This document shows positions 53,337-62,530 of a DNA stretch of 64,000 bases, piece after piece (position 1 is the stretch's first letter; each line of letters begins with the position of its first letter). The stretch spans positions 4,416,001 to 4,480,000 of the forward strand of contig OZ241986.1 of assembly GCA_965204375.1 (NCBI GenBank), written 5' to 3'. This DNA is from Candidatus Latescibacterota bacterium (GTDB taxonomy: Bacteria; Latescibacterota; UBA2968). The notes beneath the pieces are model-generated. The model saw only the letters and a list, made by a program, of their open reading frames with translations, was not told the origin of the DNA and did no database searches. Made by a program: the position numbers and the translations under genes.

Positions 53337-53717
53337 ATGGCAACATTTACTGTTGATGAATTGGTCAAAGCTGCTGAGAAATTGCCTCAAATAGATTTGG
53401 AAAATTTGACAGCGCAGGTACTTACTCTCAAGGCAAGACGCGCAGCACCAGAGTTGTCAAAAAATGAAGCCAAGTTGCTCCGGAATATCAACCGGGGAAT
53501 GCCCGATGCGTTACAGAATCGATATCGGGAACTCATCGCTGGCAGACGCGCAGAAACACTGACTGAATCCGAACATGCCGAATTGCTTCATCTGACAAAT
53601 CAGGTTGAAAAACATGATACAGAACGACTGAAATATCTTACCGAACTTGCACGTATTCGAAAAATTTCTCTGACCGACCTTTTGGATGAACTCGGCATTG
53701 AACCAGCCTATAAATAA
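53337..53717 (+). CDS. Hypothetical protein, putative partner of the HNH nuclease
   Basis: Helical, translationally adjacent to the HNH gene. Confidence 0.65.
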   Translation: MATFTVDELVKAAEKLPQIDLENLTAQVLTLKARRAAPELSKNEAKLLRNINRGMPDALQNRYRELIAGRRAETLTESEHAELLHLTNQVEKHDTERLKYLTELARIRKISLTDLLDELGIEPAYK

Positions 53718-53720
53718 ACT

Positions 53721-54149
53721 GTGAATGCAAGACTGAAACAAGCCGTTATTCATCGTGCTCAGGGATGTTGTGAATACTGTCAGAGCCAGGCTCGTTTTGC
53801 AACCCACCCATTCTCTATTGAGCATATTCATCCACTTAGCCAAGGTGGCGAAGATACGCTCAATAATTTGGCTCTGGCTTGCCAGGGATGTAACAACTAC
53901 AAATACACCAAAGTCGAGGCACTTGATCCCGTCAATGGTCAGCCTGTTCCACTCTTTCATCCAAGACAGCAATATTGGACAGATCATTTTAGATGGGCGG
54001 ATGGCTTCACTCACATTGTAGGAATTACGCCAACAGGTCGTGCAACTGTAGAGGCTTTACAACTAAACCGTAGAGGTCTTGTAAACTTGCGTCGAATCCT
54101 ATTTTCCGTAGGTGTACACCCTCCATCAAATTCTAACCGCAATGAATAA
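53721..54149 (+). CDS. HNH endonuclease
   Basis: CEYC...EHIHP...NLALACQGCN. Confidence 0.9.
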   Translation: MNARLKQAVIHRAQGCCEYCQSQARFATHPFSIEHIHPLSQGGEDTLNNLALACQGCNNYKYTKVEALDPVNGQPVPLFHPRQQYWTDHFRWADGFTHIVGITPTGRATVEALQLNRRGLVNLRRILFSVGVHPPSNSNRNE

Positions 54150-54207
54150 ATCTCCATAACTTCAAAGATCGGATTGGCAAACACAAAAAGCCCTCACATT
54201 TGAACTA

Positions 54208-54326
54208 AAATGAAAAAAGCGAGTCATTTCTGGCTCGCTCTTTTTGCTTAAAATGATTCATTGTGCTGCGCGGAGCATAATTCAAGACGGCTCGTTGACA
54301 CTCCTTTGGCTTTGGGCTATATTGCA
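54208..54326 (+). repeat. Cassette repeat (full copy)
   Basis: Hairpin and TTGACA(54295)-17-TATATT. Confidence 0.9.
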
Positions 54327-54358
54327 AAATAAGAAGTGTGAATTGGAGGATTTAAGTC

Positions 54359-54598
54359 ATGAATACTTATCGCAGGCGTCTTGTAGTCCAAGACCCCAAA
54401 CAGATTGTGCTTTCTGATGTTCCTTTTCAAACAGGTCAAGAAGTGGAAATTACCCTGCGTTCAATAGAGCAACCCACAGTAGAGCAGAAGAATGAGTTAC
54501 GCGCCCTGTTGAAGAAGACGCAATCACTTCCTCAGATTCAAACCATTACAGAAGAGGATATTTTTGCTGAGATTGAAGCCTATCGGAAAGGCCAATGA
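54359..54598 (+). CDS. Small antitoxin-like protein
   Basis: Duplicate of 41725..41967. Confidence 0.65.
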   Translation: MNTYRRRLVVQDPKQIVLSDVPFQTGQEVEITLRSIEQPTVEQKNELRALLKKTQSLPQIQTITEEDIFAEIEAYRKGQ

Positions 54599-54614
54599 AA
54601 GTTGTCAGGGACGC

Positions 54615-54987
54615 TATGATGACACAGGAACAAAATGAGAAAGTCCAGACCATTGTCCGCGAGACCCTTGCGGAACGCTTCTCGTCGGACGAGTTCGTGT
54701 TCGACCCCATTGTGGTGGTACCGACTGTTGATGAATACGGTTCTGACGCCAGCGGCGAAACGTATCTTAGTATCATTATTGTCTTTGAGGGCGATCAGAA
54801 GCAACTCGACTCCAGTTGGACATCCAGCTTCATCAGACGCATTCGCCCGAAGCTGATTGAGGCAGGCATAGAAGAGTTCCCCAGTCCGTCATGGGTTGAG
54901 AAATTTGAGTGGTGGAGTCTGTATCCCAAATGGCGACAACAACACCCAGAGGTAACTATTGAAACCGCCCGTTACATTGGAGTCTAA
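54615..54987 (+). CDS. Hypothetical protein (duplicate of 56924..57295)
   Basis: MMTQEQNEK... near-identical paralog; the ORF track extends the start to 54595. Confidence 0.65.
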
Positions 54988-54992
54988 GCGAT

Positions 54993-55196
54993 ATGGACAA
55001 TGGAAATTATCGAGGCAGGATTGCGGTTGATCCCCAAATTCATTTTGGTAAGCCTTGTGTGGCAGGAACGCGGATTCCCGTAGTTGATGTTCTCGAATTG
55101 GTGCGTGAGGGAATTGCGTTTAAGACGATCCTCCCTGATTATTTTCCCAACCTTCAAGAAGACGACATTCGCGCTTGCATTCATTATGCGCTCTGA
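54993..55196 (+). pseudogene. DUF433 protein, 3'-truncated, PIN partner missing
   Basis: Matches 57301..57546 up to IHYA, then stops. Confidence 0.75.
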
Positions 55197-55225
55197 ACCT
55201 TGAAAACTGACTGAAACCTTGAACT

Positions 55226-55346
55226 AAATGAAAAGAGCGAGTCTTTTTTGACTCGCTCTTTTTTGCTTAAAATGCTTCGTTGTGCTGCGCGAGACATAAT
55301 GTTAATACAGTTCGTTGACACCCTTTGGGATTTGGGCTATATTGCA
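55226..55346 (+). repeat. Cassette repeat (full copy)
   Basis: Hairpin and TTGACA(55315)-17-TATATT. Confidence 0.9.
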
Positions 55347-55401
55347 CAAAAGGTCACTATAATTATTCGAAATACGACCTTAGAGGAGAATAATCCAGAG
55401 A

Positions 55402-56358
55402 ATGAATACGCATAATTGGACATTTATTGATTTGTTTGCTGGCATTGGCGGGATGCGTATTCCGTTTGAAGACTTAGGTGGCACCTGTGTGTTTAGTTCT
55501 GAGTGGGACGAACCTGCTCAACAGACCTATTATCACAACTTTGGCGAAATGCCAGTGGGCGACATTACGCAAATTGAGGAAGATACGCTTCCGAAACACG
55601 ATATTTTATTGGCTGGGTTCCCTTGCCAACCGTTTAGTATTATCGGCAACAAACAGGGGTTTGAAGATACGCGAGGCACGTTGTTCTTTGATATAGAACG
55701 GATTTTAAGAGCAAAGCAACCACAGGCATTTCTTCTTGAAAATGTGAGGCAGTTGGTGAGCCACGATAGTGGAAGAACCTTTCGGGTGATATGCGAACAT
55801 CTTCAAGAACTGGGGTACACTATATACCATAAAATTTTGAACGCTCTCGATTTTGGAGTGCCTCAAAAGAGAGAACGGATTTTTATTGTCGGATTTCGGG
55901 AACCCATCGCATTCACTTTTCCGACCGGTAACGGGTATTATAAGCCCCTATCAGAGATTATCGAGCCAGATAGCGAAGTAGATCCAAGTTTGTTTGCATC
56001 GGAGAGAATCCGAAAATCGCGTTTTGAAAAATGCAAAATTGAGCCGTTTTATCCCTCTATCTGGCATGAGAATAAAGGTGGTAATATATCAGTATTGCCG
56101 TTTTCATGTGCTTTGCGAGCCGGGGCATCTTATAACTATCTTCTGGTCAATGGCATTCGTCGCCTTTCAGGGCGAGAACTCTTGCGGCTACAAGGTTTCC
56201 CCGAAGATTTTAAGATTGTCGTAAATATCACACAACTTCGGAAGCAGACCGGAAATAGTGTGGCAATTCCAGTAATTCGCGCTATTGCAGAGCAAATGCA
56301 GGAAGCCCTAATACAACGGAACCGCGCAGAACTTATTTTGGCGTCGCTATTCAAATAA
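55402..56358 (+). CDS. C5-cytosine DNA methyltransferase
   Basis: FAGIGG, GFPCQ, ENV, QKRER and GNSV. Confidence 0.95.
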   Translation: MNTHNWTFIDLFAGIGGMRIPFEDLGGTCVFSSEWDEPAQQTYYHNFGEMPVGDITQIEEDTLPKHDILLAGFPCQPFSIIGNKQGFEDTRGTLFFDIERILRAKQPQAFLLENVRQLVSHDSGRTFRVICEHLQELGYTIYHKILNALDFGVPQKRERIFIVGFREPIAFTFPTGNGYYKPLSEIIEPDSEVDPSLFASERIRKSRFEKCKIEPFYPSIWHENKGGNISVLPFSCALRAGASYNYLLVNGIRRLSGRELLRLQGFPEDFKIVVNITQLRKQTGNSVAIPVIRAIAEQMQEALIQRNRAELILASLFK

Positions 56359-56702
56359 AGCATTTATCCCTGACGCCCGAAATGGCAGACGATATCTCTA
56401 ATAACATTTCAGCCGATAGAATCATCATTGTTTGCAAAGCGTGCGAGAAAGACGTTCTAATTTCGGTATTGCGACAATTTGGTGGTGCGAACAGAATTCA
56501 AAGCGTAATAACAGAAGATGAGCTTGATGTATGGTACGAAAAAGCCTTACAGGGAAAATCGGCAATACTAATAGGCGACAAAGTCCTGCAAAGATTGGAG
56601 AACGAAATCACTGTTGAATTTCCTTCCACGGTCGAGTTTGATAAATTTTTCAAGTCGCGGAGCTACCATCAGTTGCCAATTCGCGATATCTGGCGCGATT
56701 GA
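56331..56702 (+). pseudogene. C-terminal fragment of a HaeII-like restriction endonuclease
   Basis: Frame reads FGVAIQIKHLSLTPEMADDI...ADRIIIVCK...WYEKAL, which resembles the HaeII-family C-terminus from memory; 5' part absent. Confidence 0.6.
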
Positions 56703-56756
56703 ACCTTTGTTGCCAGACCATTTCGCGACCGTCCTATGTGACCTCGGGAATCACTG

Positions 56757-56875
56757 AAATGAAAAGAGCGAGTCCTTTTTGGCTCGCTCTTTTTTATTGA
56801 AATACTTCATTGTGCTGCGCGGGGCATAATTTAATACGGCTCGTTGACACCCTTTTCGATTTGGGCTATATTGCA
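56757..56875 (+). repeat. Cassette repeat (full copy)
   Basis: Hairpin and TTGACA(56844)-17-TATATT. Confidence 0.9.
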
Positions 56876-56923
56876 CAAAATATCATCCGCAGAAGAAGGA
56901 TCCTATACATTGACGGAGACGCT

Positions 56924-57295
56924 ATGATGACACAGGAACAAAATGAGAAGATCCAGACCATTGTCCGCGAGACTATTGAGGAACGTTTCTCGTCGGATGA
57001 GTTCGTGTTCGACCCCATTGTGGTGGTACCGACTGTTGATGAATACGGTTCTGACGCCAGCGGTGAAACGTATCTTAGCATCATTATTGTCTTTGAGGGC
57101 GATCAGAAGCAACTCGACTCCAGTTGGACATCCAGCTTCATCAGACGCATTCGCCCGAAGCTGATTGAGGCAGGCATAGAAGAGTTCCCCAGTCCGTCAT
57201 GGGTCGAAAAATCTGAGTGGTGGAGTCTGTATCCCAAATGGCGGCACCAACACCCAGAGGTAAACATTGAAACTACTCGTTACATTGGAGCTTAA
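56924..57295 (+). CDS. Hypothetical protein
   Basis: GGAG RBS; paralog at 54.6 kb. Confidence 0.65.
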   Translation: MMTQEQNEKIQTIVRETIEERFSSDEFVFDPIVVVPTVDEYGSDASGETYLSIIIVFEGDQKQLDSSWTSSFIRRIRPKLIEAGIEEFPSPSWVEKSEWWSLYPKWRHQHPEVNIETTRYIGA

Positions 57296-57300
57296 GCGAT

Positions 57301-57546
57301 ATGGAAAATGGAAATTATCGAGGTAGAATTGCGGTTGATCCCCAGATTCATTTTGGTAAGCCTTGTGTTGCAGGAACCCGAATCCCCGTCGTTGATGTTC
57401 TCGAATTGGTGCGTGAGGGAATCTCGTTTAAGACGATCCTCTCTGATTATTTTCCCGACCTTCAAGAAGACGACATTCGCGCTTGCATTCATTATGCGAT
57501 TAACTTAGTGCAGGTCGAAGATATTCATATTTCAGAGGCGAGATGA
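57301..57546 (+). CDS. DUF433 antitoxin
   Basis: DPQIHFGKPCVAGTRIPV. Confidence 0.88.
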   Translation: MENGNYRGRIAVDPQIHFGKPCVAGTRIPVVDVLELVREGISFKTILSDYFPDLQEDDIRACIHYAINLVQVEDIHISEAR

Positions 57547-57911
57547 GGTTATTTCTCGATCACGATGTCTATGCAATTACAACGCAATTTCTCAAAGATC
57601 TTGGGCATGATGTAGTGACTGCGAGTGAATCGGGACATGCACAAACTGACGATAGTGAGTTGTTGCGTATTGCGCGTAATGATGACAGGCTTCTGGTAAC
57701 CCGAGATCGAGATTTTGGTCGTCTTGTGTTTGTTTTCCGCGCAGGTTCAGGTGTCATATATCTACGGCTTAATCCCACAAATCTATCTGTGGTTCACGAG
57801 GAATTGAAACGCGTTTTAGAAACGTACTCTGAATCAGAACTCAAAGAAGCATTTGTCGTGGTCGAGACAGGACGACATCGTTTTCGCAATGTTGCTGGAT
57901 TTGGGGATTGA
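57543..57911 (+). CDS. DUF5615 PIN-like toxin
   Basis: LFLDHDV, GHDV and LVTRDRDFG; coupled to DUF433. Confidence 0.88.
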   Translation: MRLFLDHDVYAITTQFLKDLGHDVVTASESGHAQTDDSELLRIARNDDRLLVTRDRDFGRLVFVFRAGSGVIYLRLNPTNLSVVHEELKRVLETYSESELKEAFVVVETGRHRFRNVAGFGD

Positions 57912-57952
57912 CTGAAATTGTCCCGTTACGCGATATGTCGGAAGAAATTCAA

Positions 57953-57978
57953 AAGCCCCCACATTATGCGGGGGCTTG
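57953..57978. terminator. Hairpin between convergent genes
   Basis: aagcccccacattatgcgggggctt. Confidence 0.6.
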
Positions 57979-58006
57979 TAGATTACTGCATCATATCCTT
58001 TAGCAA

Positions 58007-58507
58007 CTACTGAGCCTTTATTGGCAATATAAGTTGCATCCTGAATGTGGTGCTTTTGTCTTCAACGCTAAGATCAGTGCGAATTTTGGGATTGTCTTTA
58101 TTTCTGATTGATATATTGCAAGGGGTTGAAAATATCACCTGTCGGTGGGCTTGTTGGTTGATCTCAACGAGACCGGGAAAAATATTAATCACTGCGCGTT
58201 GATTAATCTCGCGAACACGGTCAAAGGAACCATACTCGCTTATGACGCCCTCAGCCAGGCCACCCACTCGCCTACAGGTCTCGACAGCGGATTTCACAGA
58301 GGAATATTGCTGATTAACAGTAAATTTGACAAACTTTTGATCATTTTCAAACCTTGCAAGAGCGTCCAAACCCCACAACTTCCCTTTATAGCTCCCCTTA
58401 TCTGGTCCCACTTCTACTTTTTTCCATGTTTCTTCTGCTCGGATGGATGACGTATGCAAAGTCACCCAAAAGAAACATAGTGTTGCTAAAATCACACTGG
58501 CCCTCAT
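58007..58507 (-). CDS. Hypothetical secreted protein
   Basis: Signal peptide MRASVILATLCFFW after a GAGG RBS, downstream of nadE. Confidence 0.65.
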   Translation of the reverse strand: MRASVILATLCFFWVTLHTSSIRAEETWKKVEVGPDKGSYKGKLWGLDALARFENDQKFVKFTVNQQYSSVKSAVETCRRVGGLAEGVISEYGSFDRVREINQRAVINIFPGLVEINQQAHRQVIFSTPCNISIRNKDNPKIRTDLSVEDKSTTFRMQLILPIKAQ

Positions 58508-58520
58508 AGCATCCTCGCAC

Positions 58521-60248
58521 CTAATATTCCCTGCACCGATTCGTAATCGGCAAGCGCCTATCGCGACCGAAAGCGCGGGGCGTAATCTTGATACCCGGAG
58601 GTGCCTGACGGCGTTTGTACTCGTTGATATCCACCGTGCGGATAACCCGGGTAACGAGTTCCTCGTCATAGCCCAGCGCGATAATATCTTGCAAACTGGC
58701 ATCGTCCTCCACATACGCTTTGAGAATGGGATCCAGCACCGGATAAGGAGGCAAACTATCCGTATCTTTCTGGTCATCGCGCAACTCAGCCGTGGGCGGT
58801 CGCTCAATAATCGAAACGGGAATAACGGGATGATCCGACAGACCATTGCGATAATGCGCCAGATCATAAACAACCGTCTTGTAAATATCCTTAATAACCG
58901 CAAACCCACCCGCCATATCGCCGTAAAGCGTGGCATAACCCATACTCAGTTCGCTTTTATTCCCCGGCGCCAGCACGAGCGCACGGAACTTATTGGCAAG
59001 CGCCATCAGCAAAGTACCCCGAATGCGCGGCTGGATATTCTCCTCCGCAGTATCAGAAGGCAAATCGCCAAACTCATCCGCAAGAAGACCGAGATACTGG
59101 TCGAACAACTTTTGAATCGGCAACGTCAGAATGCGAATATCGAGATTACCCGCCATCTGCAGGGCATCGTTAAACGTGCCCTCTGAAGAGAACTGGGTAG
59201 GCATCGTCACACACACCACATTCTCTCTCCCCAGCGCATCATAGGCAACAGCCGTGACAAGTGCCGAGTCAATCCCACCAGACAACCCGATAAAAACCTT
59301 CTCAAACCCATTCTTCACAACATAATCGCGCGTACCCAGAACAAGCGCATCGTAAATATTCTCGAGACGCTCATCTGGACGCGGAAAATCGGGGCTCTCA
59401 GACGGAGAAAGACAGACAGCTTTGGGTTTCAGATCGGGCAAATCAATGGCAGTCGGAGCAGAAACATCGCGCTTCTCCTTGCGCCGACGCGAATCGTGCA
59501 GGCGATTGCGAAAAACAGCCTCAACATCAACATCCGCCACCAGCAAATCTTCCTCAAACCGGGGTGCCCGCGCAACAACGCGCCCTTCCTGATCAACGAT
59601 CAAGCTGCCTCCATCAAAAATCAACTCATCCTGCCCGCCGACGAGATTGCAAAAAGCCAGAACAGCACTATTATCAGTCGCGCGCGTAGCAATCATCTGC
59701 TCGCGCAACAACTCTTTGCCATCGTGGAAAGGAGAGGAAGAAATATTGATCAGCACCTCGGCATCGCCGGCAAGTGCTTGCTCCCGGGCGGGACCGCCGG
59801 GATACCAGATATCTTCGCAGATTGTAACCCCAAAAGTGATACCATTGAGGCGATACACCCCCGCGGTCTTCCCAGATTGGAAATAGCGGTCTTCGTCAAA
59901 GACGCCGTAATTGGGCAAATAGGTCTTGTGATAAACATCGATCAAGCGCCCATCGCAAGCAACAGCTGCGGCATTGTAGATATCGTCGTGACGATCCACA
60001 AAACCGAAAATCGCAGCAATACCCTGCGTCGCCCGAACGAGTTCATTCAACACATCGAGGTTGGATTGGATAAACCGGGGCTTAAAAAGCAAATCCTCGG
60101 GCGGATAGCCCGGAATCGCGAGTTCGGGAAAAACGACAACATGCGCCCCCAAATCGCGTGCACTGTGAACATGGTCGAGAATTTTATCACGGTTGCCCGC
60201 AAGATCACCGACGGTAACATTGATTTGCGATAGGGCAAGGCGAATCAC
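58521..60248 (-). CDS. nadE: Glutamine-dependent NAD+ synthetase
   Basis: Nitrilase domain (FPEL, ICEDIW), GLSGGIDS and EYKRRQ. Confidence 0.97.
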   Translation of the reverse strand: MIRLALSQINVTVGDLAGNRDKILDHVHSARDLGAHVVVFPELAIPGYPPEDLLFKPRFIQSNLDVLNELVRATQGIAAIFGFVDRHDDIYNAAAVACDGRLIDVYHKTYLPNYGVFDEDRYFQSGKTAGVYRLNGITFGVTICEDIWYPGGPAREQALAGDAEVLINISSSPFHDGKELLREQMIATRATDNSAVLAFCNLVGGQDELIFDGGSLIVDQEGRVVARAPRFEEDLLVADVDVEAVFRNRLHDSRRRKEKRDVSAPTAIDLPDLKPKAVCLSPSESPDFPRPDERLENIYDALVLGTRDYVVKNGFEKVFIGLSGGIDSALVTAVAYDALGRENVVCVTMPTQFSSEGTFNDALQMAGNLDIRILTLPIQKLFDQYLGLLADEFGDLPSDTAEENIQPRIRGTLLMALANKFRALVLAPGNKSELSMGYATLYGDMAGGFAVIKDIYKTVVYDLAHYRNGLSDHPVIPVSIIERPPTAELRDDQKDTDSLPPYPVLDPILKAYVEDDASLQDIIALGYDEELVTRVIRTVDINEYKRRQAPPGIKITPRAFGRDRRLPITNRCREY

Positions 60249-60260
60249 GTGTCCGGTCCT

Positions 60261-62084
60261 CTAATAATCGGAGTAGAAGAAGTGACGATAATCGACAATC
60301 TCGGCATTCTCTCGCAAATCGGCAAACCAGGCAGTGAAAACCTCCTGGCGTTTTTGTGAAAGCACCTGCTGCAATAACGTCCCTTTTGCCGACCCTAAAC
60401 CCGTTTCATCAACAGATTGTCTTTCCTCCACGCGCAAAATATAAGCCCCGCGGTCAGTCTTGACGACCTCGCTGGTCTGACCCGTTGACAAACGAAATGC
60501 CGCGCCCACAAAAGCATTGCGACTGCCCACACTGGGAACAAAGCCCGTGCGCGCAAAAGACTGCGGTGTCTGAACCGTGAGATTGAAAAACTCGGCTGCC
60601 TCTTCGAGTGATTTGCCCGTCTTGATCTGCCCCATCACCTCGGCCAGCCGACCGGCGGCAACCTCGACCTTCTTTTTATTTATCAAACTCGCCTCAATCT
60701 GCGGTTTAACCTCGTCCAGAGGCTGGGGACCTGCCTCGCGGATCTCCCGCAAAGCGAAAACGTGGATGCCCTGGTCATTTTCATAAACACTGGAAACATC
60801 ACCCGGAGAACCGCGCAGGAATTTATTGACCAACCCCGACGTACTATTGCCCAGCAAGGGGAAAAAGCTGCCAGCGGTAATAAACTCCGAGTCCTGACTC
60901 TGCAAATCCCTCTGATTGACAGCTGCGTCAAACCCGATATCTTCGGCTATCTCTGCAAACTCTTCGACAACCACGCGCAAACTATCGAGCGTATCGCGCC
61001 CGGGACGCACCTCAATGAGAATATGCCGCGCGTGAACCTCAAGGCTATCAGCCGCGCCTCTCGTCTCCTCCACCTTAATAACATGCCAGCCAAACTGCGT
61101 TTTGACCGGATCGGATATTTCCCCCGCATTGAGCGCGAAAGCTGCATCTTCAAAAGGCTTGACCATGCGACCTCGCCCAAAGAAGCCGAGATCGCCACCG
61201 CGCGGGCCACTTGGCCCATCGGAATACACCCTGGCGAGTTCGGCAAAATCATCACCGGCTTTGGCCTCGGCGAAAACCCGATCAATCTCGGCTTTGGCTT
61301 CGGCCTCATCGCGTGCGGTTGCCGTTTTTTGCAACGAAACAAAAGCGACGCGCACGGCGGCATCTTCCTGGTATTCATCCCGATGCGCTTCGTAATAAGT
61401 TTGAATCTCAGCATCCGCGACCAGCGCGAGCGAGTCGGGAATGGCATTGACATCAAAGCCGACATAAGACACGCGCACTTTTTCGTTCTGTTCGATATAC
61501 GCCTGCTCAATCTCCGCATCGGAAACTTTGACCGAACCAACAATAAGGGTCTCGAGCTTTTGCGAAAGCAACTGGCTTCGCGCATTCTCTTCGGCAAACA
61601 GAACAAACTGCTTCATTCGGGGATCGCTGTACGTGCTGGGATCGTCGAGAAACTGGTTATATTTAGCGGGATCAAATGTACCGTCAGTCTGGAAAAATTC
61701 TTGTTGTTGTATCCACTCAGCGGGTTGTGTGCGGTTGATGTGATCGACCTCAGCATCGGAAACCGCAATACCGTATTTGTCAATCTGTTGCCCAAACAGG
61801 GTTTGCGTAACCACGCGTTCCCACGTCTGAGAAATAATCTGACTGACATCGGGATCTTCATTACCCCGCGCTTTGGCCTGCTGAAGATCATTTCGGATTT
61901 CGGCTTCAAACTGCTTGACAGAAATATCCTGACCATTCACAGAACCGATATTGTCACCAACAGCGGCAAACCCCCGACTGCTAAAATCAGCCCCCCATTC
62001 AAACACCATAAGGCCGACAAAAGCAACAGCAACAATAATCATCATCGCCTTGATAAAAGTAGCACTACGCATTTGAGCGAGCAT
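60261..62084 (-). CDS. SurA/PpiD-like parvulin peptidylprolyl isomerase
   Basis: N-terminal anchor; GGDLGFF...PFEDAAF...TQFGWHVI. Confidence 0.9.
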   Translation of the reverse strand: MLAQMRSATFIKAMMIIVAVAFVGLMVFEWGADFSSRGFAAVGDNIGSVNGQDISVKQFEAEIRNDLQQAKARGNEDPDVSQIISQTWERVVTQTLFGQQIDKYGIAVSDAEVDHINRTQPAEWIQQQEFFQTDGTFDPAKYNQFLDDPSTYSDPRMKQFVLFAEENARSQLLSQKLETLIVGSVKVSDAEIEQAYIEQNEKVRVSYVGFDVNAIPDSLALVADAEIQTYYEAHRDEYQEDAAVRVAFVSLQKTATARDEAEAKAEIDRVFAEAKAGDDFAELARVYSDGPSGPRGGDLGFFGRGRMVKPFEDAAFALNAGEISDPVKTQFGWHVIKVEETRGAADSLEVHARHILIEVRPGRDTLDSLRVVVEEFAEIAEDIGFDAAVNQRDLQSQDSEFITAGSFFPLLGNSTSGLVNKFLRGSPGDVSSVYENDQGIHVFALREIREAGPQPLDEVKPQIEASLINKKKVEVAAGRLAEVMGQIKTGKSLEEAAEFFNLTVQTPQSFARTGFVPSVGSRNAFVGAAFRLSTGQTSEVVKTDRGAYILRVEERQSVDETGLGSAKGTLLQQVLSQKRQEVFTAWFADLRENAEIVDYRHFFYSDY

Positions 62085-62326
62085 TGGGACTTTCCTCCAG
62101 ATAGGATCAGGATTAACAGGATAAACAGGATTGTACAGGATGCCACCCAGCCACACCAGTTTTGTAATCTACTTGTTGGACTTTGTACTGGCAAGGTTTT
62201 TTTATGTAAATGCAAGCAATTCAGCTTCTTGACGAGGATGAGCAAAAGCCCTATAATGAAAAGTTAGAAGTGAGAAGTGAGAAGTGAGAAAGCCCCACCC
62301 AACCGCCCAAAGGCGGCACCTCATTC

Positions 62327-62529
62327 CACTTCACACTTCACACTTCACACTTCACACTTCACACTTCACACTTCACACTTCACACTTCACACTTCACACT
62401 TCACACTTCACACTTCACACTTCACACTTCACACTTCACACTTCACACTTCACACTTCACACTTCACACTTCACACTTCACACTTCACACTTCACACTTC
62501 ACACTTCATCCTTCACACTTCACACTTCA
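62327..62529. repeat. 7-bp tandem repeat (CACTTCA)x~29
   Basis: Read directly; one variant unit; ends just before the M23 ATG. Confidence 0.97.
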
Positions 62530-62530
62530 C

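Noticed and set aside
53173-56875. Cassette repeats as CRISPR or classical attC sites
   Set aside because: Units are ~120 bp separated by whole genes and contain promoters; I could not identify convincing attC R boxes and no intI is present.
58508-58936. N-terminal extension of the 309-aa ORF
   Set aside because: Overlaps nadE in another frame; the real start is probably ATG 58507 with a signal peptide.
60762-62267. 501-aa plus-strand ORF
   Set aside because: Antisense shadow of the PPIase gene with no recognisable motifs.
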